Assembly: GCF_001194135.2 (NCBI RefSeq)
Contig: NC_068994.1
Span: forward strand, 30,043,444-30,103,700
Length of the DNA stretch: 60,257 nucleotides
Direction of reading: 5' to 3'
Source of the DNA: Octopus bimaculoides
Taxonomy: Eukaryota
Each line of letters starts with the position of its first letter. The stretch's first letter is position 1. The notes under the pieces were generated by a model that was not told where the DNA came from, did not search any database, and saw nothing but the letters and a program-made list of their open reading frames with translations. Positions 25,826 to 38,564 of the stretch are shown here, piece by piece. Both the position numbers and the translations under genes were made by a program.

Positions 25826-26605
25826 TCAGTGTTTGGGCTAAATTTGACGATGAGAAAAAATTAACTTACATGGAAGAGTGGAAGCTATCTGAATATTGGA
25901 AAAGAGTTACCTGTATTATGAGGTTTCATGTCAGGTATCAAAAATGCCGACATCATGACTACTGTTCTGTGAACACTTTAAAAGCTGTAAGACACAATAT
26001 GGACAGCTGCAATGGAGACTATGAAGCTACAGTTGGCAGGAAGGGACACAGCAGGTGTTCTCACTGTGTCTGCATGCCAGCATTCATTCCTACATCTTTG
26101 AACAGGACTTTAGGCTTAATTCAGATGGCTATATGGTCAGTTCCTGACTGTAGAGGGTTGCTGCTAGAAGGCCATATATGTGGCAGCAAGATTCAGCTCT
26201 TTGCCATACTTCCAGAAAGAGTCAGAAGTGGTTGTCTGAGAATTTGTACAACTTTACCAGCACTGATTTCTGGCCTCCCAATCTCCTCCAATTGTAATCC
26301 CATGAATTACTGTGTGGGGTTCAATTGAGAAAAGCATCAACTGCTCTACCTGCAACACCAAGGTTAAGCTGGTGGCCAAGATCAAGGAGGAGTTCAAAGA
26401 TCTTCCCAGAGACATAGTGAGGAACACATGCACCAGGTTCCAGAGCTGTCTTGAAGCCATGATGGCAGCTGCTTTGAGTAAACCGTTATCTCCCAGCCCT
26501 AATCTTGTTGATATTTTTTCTTTCTAAAATACTTTTATTTTTGGATGGGATATTGTTTTCTTTTCCTTTCATGCAAACGGTCAAATTTAGTCCAAATGCC
26601 TTGTG
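25826..26605 (+). mobile_element. Internally deleted Tc1/mariner element, DD37D (maT-like) spacing
   Basis: Imperfect TIRs: gtgtttgggctaaatttgac near 25829 and gtcaaatttagtccaaatgc near 26580. An N-terminal piece (25870-26087) is joined to YIFEQ..RPYMWQQDSALCHTSRKSQKWL..FWPPN/CNPMNY..WGSIE..CTRFQSCLEAM. There are 37 residues between the QQD Asp and the (mutated) third acidic position, with stops and frameshifts. Confidence 0.82.
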
Positions 26606-26699
26606 TGTGTGAGCATATTTCTCTGTGTATGAAGAGAGAGAAAGCTTTTATGTCACTTGTGTTCAATTTATAAATTTCTTGGTATTTATACAAAATAAT

Positions 26700-26910
26700 A
26701 GTTTCAAATTTTGGCTCAAGGCCAGCAATTTCAAGGGTGAGGTAAGTCAATTACATTGACCCCAATGCTCAACTGGTACTTATTTTATTGACCTTGAAAG
26801 GATGAAAGGCAAAGTCAACCTTGGCAGAATTTGAACTTAGAACATAAGGGCAGACAAAATACCACGAAGCATTTTGCCCAGCATGCTAATGGATCTGCCA
26901 GCCTGCTGCC
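26700..26910 (-). mobile_element. SINE family 2 (MetaSINE-like) with a ~21-bp TSD
   Basis: Reverse complement of 7301-7518. ttggtattt(a/g)tacaaaataat is duplicated at 26679-26699 and 26911-26931. A partial copy lies at 25600-25745 (-). Confidence 0.85.
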
Positions 26911-29413
26911 TTGGTATTTGTACAAAATAATGAAATGAATTCTAATTTATAAAAGGTTTTCTTCAATGAAACAAAAAGTTACCAATTTGTGACTCAAATC
27001 CAAAATGTAACTATGGGAAAAACTTGATTTTTCAACTTAGAAAACGATTTAAAGCAAATGTATGAAAATATAAATTGATTAAAAGAAAATAAATTACAAA
27101 TATAGATGACTGAATTATTGAAAAATTCTTCCACTTTAGAAAAACATAAGTGAAGTCAGAAATCAAACACTGAAACAGCAACCCTGAATTACTTCAACAA
27201 GGAAACAAAGATAAAAGAAAATGTCTCTCTCTCACTCTGTAGCTATGTGTATATTTCTGCTTGCAAGTTCGTGTCTGTGTGTTTGCTTCCATTTTAAAAC
27301 AAGCACCTACCAAAAAATGGCTGAATATCCAGTCAACCATACCAAATCATCAACATTCAAACAACTGTGCTCAATCACCGAGACTGTGTTGAAACTGAAT
27401 AGTCATTTTAGCCATCAGGAAACGCTCAAATAATGTTAAAAAATAAAAGGTGAATACAACAGATTTTGTATGTGATTTTTAGATGGTCAAAACAGCTTTT
27501 TCATGATGTAATAATTGATCCTTTATTTCCTCTGTTTCTGTAGAATGCTTGGTTCTTACAGTTTAGATAAGGATTTCCTCTCTCCCATAAATTTTTTAAA
27601 CTATGGGTTCTCAAACCAGTTACACACCAATAGGTATATACAAAGGCTATTACAGGATAATACAAAATTGGTAAAAACTTTGGAGCTATGAAGTAATTAC
27701 AACTAACTACTTTTCAACATCTCTCTTACATTTAGTAAATAATCATCATCATCATCATCATTATTTAGTATCTGTATTCCATGTTGGCATGGTATTTATA
27801 AAAAAATGTTTTTCGAAAGTCATGATTTCCAAATATAATTAACAACAATTATCCATTGTCTGTTTTACAACATCCATAAAATAGCATTCGTTATTGTCTG
27901 TTTATGGAATTCAGCCATTTTCAAAAATTCTTAACAAAGCATACAATAACATTGCCAGCCATGACAGATATGCAGTAAGAAAGTTTGAGAACCTCCAATC
28001 CAGACTGTATTAAAGTAACAAACAACACTAAGAAAAAGAGGCGGGAATTTGCTGGATAGTTGTTTCAACTATTTGGCTGATGTTAGACATGCATATCCAT
28101 AATTTCAGAGTTATGACAATGGGCTCGTCTCAGAGGTAGCCTGCTATCTAACCTGCTTCAAAACTTACCACTTGATGAAGAAGAAAATTTGCTGCTGTGA
28201 AACTTTGGTAAAAGAAGTTACTGTTAAGAAGCAACTTCCTTTTTTCATGTTCCACAATAAAATGGAGAAAGGAAGTTGCTCTTGTGAAACTTATAATTGC
28301 CTTTACTGTAAAATGAACTTTAGTAACTTAAAAGTGAAGAACTAACTGACCTACAGGGTGTAACTACTCTCAGTTTAAAAATGAAAGTCATCAGCTTGAA
28401 TATAAACTAATATGCCCTCCAATGTTACCATTGGTTACCCTGCAAAGACATGTATTGATCAGTTACCAGATGACACTGGATGTCACCAAAAAGGAACACT
28501 CATATGCCATGGAAGATAGAAGAGGACAGAACATCAGAGTGATGCAAATCTAAGCAAACTCAACTTCATGATGAAGATGTACACATCCAAGAATAAGACA
28601 CCTTATGATAATGATATAAAGTTAGAATAGATGTAAATGTTTAAAATTTTGTTTCATCACAAGAAACTACGATATAAATGTACTGAGGAAAAGATATTGC
28701 AGGTGTGAAAACAGAAAATTTCTCTTTGGTAAAATTTTATCTTGCAGCAAACATGAATCATTTATAACTATATTCAAGGAAACTCAATGGGATTAGACCA
28801 CATAGTGATAGGGATGATATGATCCTGAAGTATATGACTAGTAGATGGAAAGGAGATAATCTTATTCATCAAGAAAGAGAATGGAATCAGAATGCTTATA
28901 CTTTATATAGGCATGACTGTGTGGTAAGAAGCTTGCTTCCCGTGTGCACGAGTTTAGTTGGCTTCTTGCAGAGACCAGTGAAGACGTGAGTCTGTGGGCT
29001 CTGTCTTTTGAAGGAAAGAAGAAAACTGTCGAGGTAGGTAACTTTCTTCGTTTGAGCTGGGCATAATTTATTGTTTGTCTATTTTTTCAGTAAATTCTGC
29101 CCAAAGTTGTTTTTTTTGGGGGGGGGGGGTATCCTCTGGAAAAAAAAAAAGAAGAAAGTTGAACTTTTATTTTTGTGCTTATTCTGATCGCAGTGTTCTG
29201 GCTTCATTTTTTTACCAAAAAGGCCTGGAGAAGTTTTTTCACTCTAAGTGAATAATTGTGGAAGTCAGAATAGGTTTCTTGCTATAGAAGCGTTACATGA
29301 CTATTTACATTTTAGATGGGAGAGTGTGAGTGATTTAGTGAAACTGGAAAGCAATAAAAATAGTGGTGATGAGGTGCTAGAGTGAATCTTCTAGGTACAC
29401 ACACACACACTAT

Positions 29414-29661
29414 TAGAAAAAAGAAGTTGAAAAAGCACTGGGATTCATTTAGATTTTCTATTAAAAAATTTTTAAAGACCAGTTTTACAGATTTCTCTGA
29501 TTTTCAAAAGTTGAAATACAAATGTGTGGAGCTATACTACAAATGTCTTTCTGTTTCAACTTTTGAAAATCAGAGAAATTTGTGAAATTGCTTAAGTCTT
29601 TAAAAATTGAAAAATAGAAAATCTAAACCATTCCCAATGCATTTTCAGCTTCTTTTTTCTA
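29414..29661. mobile_element. Fold-back MITE with ~100-bp inverted arms
   Basis: A perfect 26-bp inner match (atttctctgattttcaaaagttgaaa / tttcaacttttgaaaatcagagaaat) extends imperfectly to tagaaaaaagaag / cttctttttcta. Confidence 0.75.
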
Positions 29662-31154
29662 TATTTCTACTTGTGTGGAATAAAACATCTTTGTTTCATA
29701 GAACAGGTATCAGAATTAAAAAAAAAAAATAAAGTACTGGGTTAATTTCAAGACACTGACATAGCTTGGCTGCAATCCAGTGACTGAAACAAGTAAAAGA
29801 ATACAAGAGTAAAAGACAATTACTTATGATTGACACCTCCTGTAATTGATGTACACTGGATTAAGCTTAAAATAACAGAACAGCTCCCAGACATCAGTTG
29901 TGAGACATTGATGATTCTACTGCATGATATAGCTTTAAGCTGTCTGTTGATCATCTAGGTTTTGCTTATTTCATTGGTGTTCTGACTGGCCTGAAACAGT
30001 TTATGGGAGAGAGGGAAGCTACACTGTGGACAGAAAGTGAGCGAGAAAGGAAGAGGAAGGATACATTGTAGACAAAGAGAGAGAGGGGGGGGGAGGAGAG
30101 AAAGAAAGTGAGTGAAAGAATAGGTGCTAAATATTTACTTTTCCTAGGCATTGATACACATAGTCACTCGATATTTTATGATCAGAGATCAAAGGTAGCT
30201 TACCTAGGAGTGACTGCATTATTTAGATGCATGATATTATGTTTCTTATTGGTGAGGTTTTAAAACTTACAAACAAAATTCAAAGTCATATTGCAGAGAT
30301 CTCTACACCACTTGATAATATGAAGGTTACATGCACATATGCATGCTCTCTCTAACAAACACACGATCACCACCACCACCACCACCATCACCATCATCAA
30401 CAACAACATCATTATCATCACCATCATTTTGTGTCTGTTTGTCAATGGTGGCATAAGTTACATGCAACTCACTAAGATCCAGCTACAAACAGCAACAGAA
30501 ACAATTAGCCAACTTTGTTGTGTTTCTTACAATACAGACTGGTTATATTTTATTTATCACCTAACACTAGAGAGGATGTCTGAGGCTATACTAAAGACTC
30601 AGTCATGCCATATAACCAATTCCAATTCACATTCATTTCCCTGCTAAATGAAAAGAGACTATATCTTGTTTATAAAAGCCTTTGATATATTGTCATCATC
30701 ACCATTTAACATCTGTTTCCCATGCAGTCATGAGTTGGACAGTTTAACGTAAGTTGGCTAGTCAGAGGACTGTGCCAAGTTCCTCTGTCTGCTTTGGTAT
30801 AGTTTCTACTGCTGGATGCCCTTCCTGATGCCAGTCACTTTACTGAGTTTACTGGGTGCTTTTTTTATGTAGTAATGGTATTAGTGAAGTCATCAAGTAA
30901 CTTGCAAGACAAGACCCATCAACTGATGTGGGTGAGGAGAATTGTGTTGAGGGCTCAGCTTTTTACCAGGTGATGAGAGGTTAAAGTGTGATAGAAAGAT
31001 AGGAACAGGTGTCTTGCTGTTGGGGAGATACATGGTTACTCCAGTTGGGAAAGAGAAAAGATGGTGAAGATGTATTAGTGCATGCCCTCAAATTACAGTA
31101 AAGTGAATGTAAGAGAAGTGGTACGGAGAATTGGACAGGTGAGATAAATATAAG

Positions 31155-31471
31155 CACAGGATTTAGTGGTTAGAGGCATTTGGCTCACGATCGTGAGGTC
31201 GTGAGTTTGATTCCTGGTGGCGCAATGTGCCCTTTAACAAGATACTTTATTTGATGTTACTCCAGTCCACTCAGCTGATAAAAATGAGTAGTACCTGTAT
31301 TTCAAATGGTCAGCTTTATCACACCCTGTATCACATTGAATCTCCCTTAGAACTGTTTCAAGGGTATGTGTCTGTGGAATGCTCAACCACTTGCACATTA
31401 ACTTCACGAGTTGGTCGTTCTGTTGATCAGATCAACTGGAACACTTGTCATTGTAACCAACAAAGTGCCAG

Positions 31472-31475
<4 letters not shown>
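31155..31475 (+). mobile_element. tRNA-derived SINE family 3 (CORE-like central segment)
   Basis: tagtggttagaggc..gagtttgattcctgg head, tgtgccctttaacaagatacttt core, and gtctgtggaatgctcaaccacttgcac tail. Homologues at about 7765-8020 (-), 53095-53490 (+) and 53950-54102 (-). Confidence 0.72.
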
Positions 31476-31511
<36 letters not shown>

Positions 31512-31719
31512 TTTTACTTGTTTCAGTCATTTGACTGCGGCCATATTGGAGCACCACCTTGAGGGGTTTTAGCCAAACAAATTGACCCCAGGACTTATTT
31601 TTGAAGCTTAGTACTTATTCTATCAGTCTGTTTTGCTGAACTGCAAAGTTACAGGGATGTAAACACACCAACACCAGTTGTCAAGCAGTGATGGGGGGAC
31701 AATTTTTAAAATTTTCAAT

Positions 31720-32750
31720 TGTGTTGAGGAGCCTGAAAAAATATTTAACTACAAAGTTATTTATACACCATTCTTTTAACCCTAATTCACAAAATATCGA
31801 TTCTTGGTTACCAATTTCAAAAGTTGCATTTTTTGCTCTACCCTATGTACAACATGGTAATACCAAGTTTTTGTCAATGCTACCAGCAGTTGAAAGAATT
31901 TTTAGCATTTATATTGGCTTGAAATCTTACTTTTGTTGCCAAGAACACTCTCTAGAACTGATAAAACAATTCTTTGGAAATAATCTTGGAGAAATGTATT
32001 CATGGTCTGTACATGGATAGTGTAGCCTTTTAAACAAATCAATTCTGGTCATGGAGAAGGACAATTCCAATGCAGGAGATATCACTATAGAAATGTAAAA
32101 TCTGATTCCAATATAGAAGAAAGAAAAAACTGTGAACATGTGTCTCAAAATGCAATGGCCTTACTGAGAAAACTTGAAGAGAACAGCAAAAGCATTGAAA
32201 AAGTGAAGAAGAAAATTAAAAGGTTTCATGAAAGATGTCTCTCATGCTTAGTCCTATGGAAAGAAAACTTTTCAGTTGGCAGAAGACTGTGTTTCTGGAG
32301 ACATATTTTGTCCCAGTGTTGGGCAGTCTGCAGCTAAGATTGCCCAAAGGATTGGAAAGCAAATAATAAATTTTGATGAATTATATGATGGAGTTGTTAT
32401 TGCAAAGAGCTAATGCAGAAGTTTGGACAACTCAAACCGTAAGTATGAAGAACAGTGGCAATTTTTTTATTTTTAGTTTATTGAAAAGAATGATAGATAT
32501 GAGTAAAAAATCAGTGCTGTAGTAAGATACATTCTTTGTTCAGCAGTTGAACCAGTGCTTTCTGTAACAAATAATATATCGTCAGATAAGAGGGACAACA
32601 TAACAGAAGCTGCAGTCAGGATCTTCTGATGACTTAAGTATACATTCCACAAAGCAGCTCAGAATTTTTTTAACATAATTTATAAATGACAATACATTTT
32701 TATTTTTATTTTAGAAAAGTAGTTTCAAGTGGAAAATATGAAAATACTAA
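31720..32750 (+). pseudogene. Decayed hAT-superfamily transposase, C-terminal half
   Basis: HGNTKFLSMLPAVERIF..LKSYFCCQE..IKQFF..EMYSWSVHG resembles the hAT H..TRWLSL..ER..LKSYF block. ILCSAVEPVLSVTNNISSDKR (about 32530-32592) and KVVSSGKY (about 32715-32738) resemble the hAT dimerisation domain. Many stops. Confidence 0.65.
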
Positions 32751-33204
32751 TGGTTGAATAAAGTATACCTTGACAATAAAAAACTTGTTCAGTTTAATTC
32801 ATTTTCAAATGCTACTGTTCTACTTGACAATATTTTATATGCATATGCTGCCCAATAAAGAATAGCTGCTTTGTACTTCTGTTTCTCTTCACCATCCTTT
32901 TACGTCTTTCAGCAAGACTCTCAACCTCCTAAGAGATAAAGACAAAGCGTACATCTTAACTCAGAGGTATTATTTTCAACACTTGCAAAAGAAAGGCCTT
33001 CATATCAGAAAGCATGCAACTATATCAATATATTTGCAGTGAAAATTTTCCGGATCCTATGACAAATGGGAGAGGAGGATTACTCTCCGTTAACAATCAA
33101 CTCACATGCTGTGACTTTTTAAACCTAGCATGATATTCCCATTGTTCCCGGCTTCACATTCGAAATTATGGTAAAACAATGCACACACATACATACAGAT
33201 ATAT

Positions 33205-33754
33205 GTAAGTATCTTGAGAGAAAAGCTGAACATTAGAAGCATCAGTTGTGGCATGCAAGAGAGACGATTGCGCTGGTATGGACATGTGGTGAGAATGGAT
33301 GAGGATAGCTGCGTGAAAAAGTGCCACACCCTAACAGTTGAGGGAACCCGTGGAAGAGGTAGGCCCAGGAAGACCTGGGCTGAGGTGGTGAGGCAAGACC
33401 TTCGTACATTGGGCCTCACCGAGGCGATGACTACTGACCGAGACCTTTGGAAATGTGCTGTGCGTGAGAAGACCCGGCAAGCCAAGTAAGATCGTTGCCA
33501 GTGCCCCTGGACTGGCTTGTGCGGGTGGCACATAAAAGACACCATTTCGAGCGTGACCGTTTTCGTGCGGGTGACACGTAAAAGCACCCACTACACTCTC
33601 TGAGTGGTTGGCGTTAGGAAGGGCATCCAGCTGTAGAAACTCTGCCAAATTAGACTGGAGCCTGGTGTTGCCATCCGGTTTCACCAGTCCTCAGTCAAAT
33701 CGTCCAACCCATGCTAGCATGGAAAGCGGACGTTAAACGATGATGATGATGATG
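33205..33754 (+). mobile_element. RTE-clade LINE, 5'-truncated 3' end
   Basis: The ORF end reads RRLRWYGHVVRM..VEGTRGRGRPRKTW..DL..DRDLWK, the typical RTE C-terminus. It is followed by a 3' UTR containing ggaagggcatccagctgtagaaac and a (GAT)n tail. Confidence 0.88.
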
Positions 33755-33899
33755 GAAGGTGACGCCAATGAAAATTTACATTTACTAAAAGCATGTTAAA
33801 CTGACAGTGTTGATTTCAATAAAAACTACGTCGATGGTATCACTCAAACTACCACTTTTTTTTCCCTATCATGGACAGTGACTCTTGTTTCCACCTTAT

Positions 33900-34167
33900 T
33901 TATTTATTTTTTTTAGCAACCTTTAATCAATCTCGTCGTTTTTTCTGTATTTACACAAGGAACACCGGAAGAAACATCACCGCCTATAATTTTACTTCCT
34001 TTCATACGAAGACAACGGACCAGCCTCTCAAAGAGGAAATTTTTTTTTTATTTATGTATATACATACATATATATATTTATATTTATTTATTTATATATA
34101 AATATTTTATGTGTGTGTGTATATATATATATATATATTTGTCTAAGTGCATATACTGATATATATA

Positions 34168-34208
<41 letters not shown>

Positions 34209-35260
34209 TGTATATACATATATATATATGTTGTTTCCGTGCCATTTCGTTAACCATCCATTCTTATACCCTCCCGACAGCATCATCATCAACAGGAACA
34301 GACAATCGATTGTCAAGGTAATTCAGTCTGTTTTGCTTCATAAACTTTTCGTTTCACTTTTTATTTCTTATTTCCTCTGCCTTTGCTTTGAAAATTCTTT
34401 CATGCCTTTCTCTTTTACTTCCTTTTGCAACCAATTGGATAAATTGTCACCGACAGATCGAGCACTTATAATAGTTTTTGTTTGTGTTTATGATTGCAGT
34501 GACATGTAGGGTATTTTGTCGTAATATGAAATCTCACCTCAGAACTGGACTTGGACTTTATCTTAACAACGATTCCGGAAGTTGACCTCGGGAGGGATTA
34601 AACCGGAACATTTTCGACTCAACCGATTCTGCCAGTCCACCCGATTATAAAATGAAATACAGTTTACTGTTTTTTTGTTTTTATTTTGTCTTTGTCTTTA
34701 TTTTCTTTGCAAGAAGAAAAGGCATTTTGAACTGTTAATTACTATCATACAATCATTTCCTTTAGCTTTCTACTCCCCCACCCACTTTTTGTACGCGTGT
34801 GTAATAAATGTGTATGTAGATAGATAGATAGATAGATAGATTTGGTGACGCAAACTGGAAAAATATAACTCAAAACACGAGTATTATAGTTTTTATTAAT
34901 ATTTATCAGAAGCAGCAGAGTGACTCAAGGACAGAGAGTTTCGTGCGTTAGCAATTATGTGTGTATGTATATATATATATCTTCGAACAGTGTATTAACT
35001 AATTATGGCATATAGCTGATCAGAATGTTACGTCGGATTCGCGCCGACTATTGCACTTGGCAGTATTTATTGACTCTTCAGACATGGTGGCCGGACATAA
35101 AATATAAAATGCAACCACTCTACTTCTCATATTGAGTGTGCTTTTTGTTCCGACTTAAGGAAAACTAATGGATAATTGTATGTATGTTTACATGATTGTG
35201 AAGATCCGGTATTCTGTGCCGCCTGTCGGTTTGTTCAGATGGTCGAACGACTTGAATTTC
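33900..35260. promoter_or_regulatory. CpG-retaining region, candidate promoter/first exon (probably of ZNF-B)
   Basis: About 13 CpG in 34981-35250 versus about 2 in 43201-43500. It has ETS-like CCGGAAG(T) near 33965 and at 34575, and a donor-like att|gtatgt near 35177. Confidence 0.35.
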
Positions 35261-35629
35261 CAATCAACTTGATCTTCATAAATTTGGCTCAACTCTCAGT
35301 ATGGAGTCACACCATCAATAAACGATACGTTATTCTTAAACTTTCTTTGGAATAATAATGTATTTTCATATGCACACACACAGTTATTTTGAGATTATTA
35401 AAGCCGATGGTACGCCTTTTTTGTTTACACACACACACACATGTGTGTGTAAAGAGAGAGTGGGGATGAAGAGGAAGGTGAGAGGTTCTGAACTTAATCT
35501 TATTTTGACATATAACTCTGTACATCCTCCCAGTAGCAAATACATTGAGTGACGAGATGATCCTTGAATAAAAATAAAATAACTACAATTTAGCAACCCC
35601 TCCCACCCCCATTTTTCCCCTCCATACTT

Positions 35630-35849
35630 TCATCAAAATATATTTTTTTAATGAAACTTTGTTGAAATTCATTTTGGAGAATGTAGATTACGTGATGTTG
35701 ATATTTCAAAAGCCACGGAAATTGATGGTAAGAAAGTTGATGAGGAAGAAAGATCCGGAACTTCTCAAAAAATTTATCTTTGTTTGAATTTTATCAACAT
35801 AATCGTAATCTACACTCTTTAAAATATCTTACTGTTTATAAGATTTATT
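35630..35849. repeat. Unclassified repeat with an internal inverted repeat
   Basis: gagaatgtagattacg..ttgata (35677) pairs with tatcaac..cgtaatctacactct (ends 35818). A homologous arm lies at 20727-20800. Both copies abut assembly gaps. Confidence 0.5.
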
Positions 35850-36776
35850 NNNNNNNNNNNNNNNNNNNNNNNNNNNNNNNNNNNNNNNNNNNNNNNNNNN
35901 NNNNNNNNNNNNNNNNNNNNNNNNNNNNNNNNNNNNNNNNNNNNNNNNNNNNNNNNNNNNNNNNNNNNNNNNNNNNNNNNNNNNNNNNNNNNNNNNNNNN
36001 NNNNNNNNNNNNNNNNNNNNNNNNNNNNNNNNNNNNNNNNNNNNNNNNNNNNNNNNNNNNNNNNNNNNNNNNNNNNNNNNNNNNNNNNNNNNNNNNNNNN
36101 NNNNNNNNNNNNNNNNNNNNNNNNNNNNNNNNNNNNNNNNNNNNNNNNNNNNNNNNNNNNNNNNNNNNNNNNNNNNNNNNNNNNNNNNNNNNNNNNNNNN
36201 NNNNNNNNNNNNNNNNNNNNNNNNNNNNNNNNNNNNNNNNNNNNNNNNNNNNNNNNNNNNNNNNNNNNNNNNNNNNNNNNNNNNNNNNNNNNNNNNNNNN
36301 NNNNNNNNNNNNNNNNNNNNNNNNNNNNNNNNNNNNNNNNNNNNNNNNNNTTCCTGCATTATTCAAGGATGTGATTTGAAGAAGCTTTAGGCCTAGCTCT
36401 GGCGCCAGAGGCTGACTGAATTAGAAAGAAAGAATAGTATTTTCTAATAGCAAACACCAGTTGAGAATTGAAACCATGTCTGGCACAGTGTTTTATTAAT
36501 TAGAATAAGACAGCAAACATACTACAGCCCTGCTTTCAAGGATTTTAGTCAACTTTAGTATATTTCAGTCTGGTATTAATCAACTGGAAGTAGAAGACGA
36601 ATGACAACAGGGTAAAAGTTGTAAAAGTTCACACACACATATGTCACCATCATCATCATCATTTCCTATCAATCTCCTAGGTCAGCATGGTTGGGCAGTT
36701 TGACAAGATTCAGTGAACTGGAGGACTGTGTTGAGTGCCAGTGTGGGTTAAGGGCTTAGAAAGACTGAGGGACTGA

Positions 36777-37936
36777 TGTAGTATGTTTGCTGTCTTATTC
36801 TAATTAATAATGTTAACTCTAATCAATAACTTCTAATTAATAAAACACTGTGCCAGACATGGTTTCATTTCTCAACTGGTGTTTGTTATTAGAAAATACT
36901 ATTCTTTCTTTCTAATTCAGTCAGCCTCTGGCGCCAGAGCTAGGCCTAAAGTTTCAATTCACCCTAACGTAAACTATTACACTTGTTATTATTTATTACT
37001 TTTAAATTTATTTTTATCTCTATACAATTTCAAGGTGGTGAAACTTATTTTTAAACTTTGTATTATGCATAAATGACATTTTTCTTTTGAATCCGCTTGC
37101 TTCAAGGGCGTTGTTATAAACCGGCGCATGTTGATTCTACATTTGATGATAAATTTGATATTCTAATTGAAACTCCGTTGACAATACTATCTATGGTGGA
37201 CCTTGGGTGATTTGATGAAACATTTATGTACGACACAGATTTGCTAGGTTTACGGAACGGACAATAGAGACCCGTATCCAAACATAATGTCACATCCAGG
37301 AAATTAACCTTTCTGGAGTTAACATCAAATACAATATTTAGGTTGAAGAAATCCTTATGGAAACACCTGAGGGACTTCCTCAACCTATTTAAGGCAGTTT
37401 TAGACTTACCCCGTACTGTTAAAAGCGCATCATCTCTATATAGTCCTCCGGTAAGGAGGGGAAAACTAGCTTACATCTGCGAGAGGAGGTACAGTCCCAC
37501 CAGGTCGGTCACCTGTGCAGAATCAGATGACCCCATAGTAATATCAAAGAAATCTGTTGAATCCGCCCTTTGCCATTCATATTCATTGTAGGATATGAGG
37601 ATCTCCCTAGCAGCTAAAATAATGTCAATGAGTTCGTTTTCAATGGAAAAATACAGTAACACACTCAAGAAGAAGAAGAAGATAAAGTACTCTCTTGAAT
37701 GGTCTATTATAGGGCTCCATACTTTAAGGCAAATATTAGCAAATGTTCTTTATGTATTAGGGAATCCCTTGCGATTCTCAGGTCTTTTGAACCAAAAACC
37801 CTGAATAAGTTCACTGAGGTAGTCCCCTTCTGCAACCATAAGTTTTCCTCCACCTTCTTGAAACAGTATAGAGATAAAAATAAATTTAAAAGTAATAATA
37901 ACAAATGTAATAGTTTGCGTTAGGGTGAATTGAAAC
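36777..37936 (-). mobile_element. Penelope-like retroelement (PLE), 5'-truncated and internally deleted, with an inverted 3' segment
   Basis: Minus strand 37668-37060 translates as FFDITMGSSDSAQVTDLVGLYLL..*..GGLYRDDALL..VNFLDVTL..FRKP..NHP..NVES, then after a frameshift APVYNNALEASGF. These are PLE reverse-transcriptase/thumb motifs, with YRDD at 37429-37440 and one in-frame stop. Plus strand 37670-37870 gives WSII..RAPY..SKCSLCIRESLAIL..LNK..CNHKF, resembling the C-terminus of the PLE GIY-YIG endonuclease region. Confidence 0.8.
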
Positions 37937-38524
37937 CTCGTAGATTGGTTTTGATACTGCAGCCTGTTTGGCTATTCTAAAATGGCACTTTTTTTTTTTT
38001 TTTTTTTTTNNNNNNNNNNNNNNNNNNNNNNNNNNNNNNNNNNNNNNNNNNNNNNNNNNNNNNNNNNNNNNNNNNNNNNNNNNNNNNNNNNNNNNNGTGC
38101 ATGTCATGACTTTGTGTGTGTGTTTACTCTGACGAGGGGGTCATCACCCATTTACACTCTATTGTGTTTTGAAATACAGTGGTGTACCTCTGAAATGGCC
38201 ATAGGTATTGTATGAAATTCGTGAATTTGTTTTTACTGATGGATACCTGTGTTGTGCTGTAATTGTTTTTGACTCGTGTGTGGTGAACCTTTTTTGACAT
38301 GGTGGGCGAAATTGAACTTTTGCCTGTTGATACCTGCTGGGTGTCTGTTGTTTGCTCTTGTGTGTGCCGGATTGGTGCGAACTTGCCTTTTGGTGTCTAC
38401 TGGTTTTGAGGTGTGAAATGTGTCCGAGAGAGTTGAAGAACTTTGAACTTTAATTCTAAGTGGTGTCAAATCACTTCTGTCCTTGTTTTTTCAACCGATA
38501 GACTACTTTATGGTACCTCATTTC

Positions 38525-38564
<40 letters not shown>

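Noticed and set aside
38220-38470. 78-aa minus-strand ORF next to the Penelope-like element
   Set aside because: A KRFTTH-like stretch hints at an endonuclease fragment, but no GIY or YIG motif is visible; unsupported.
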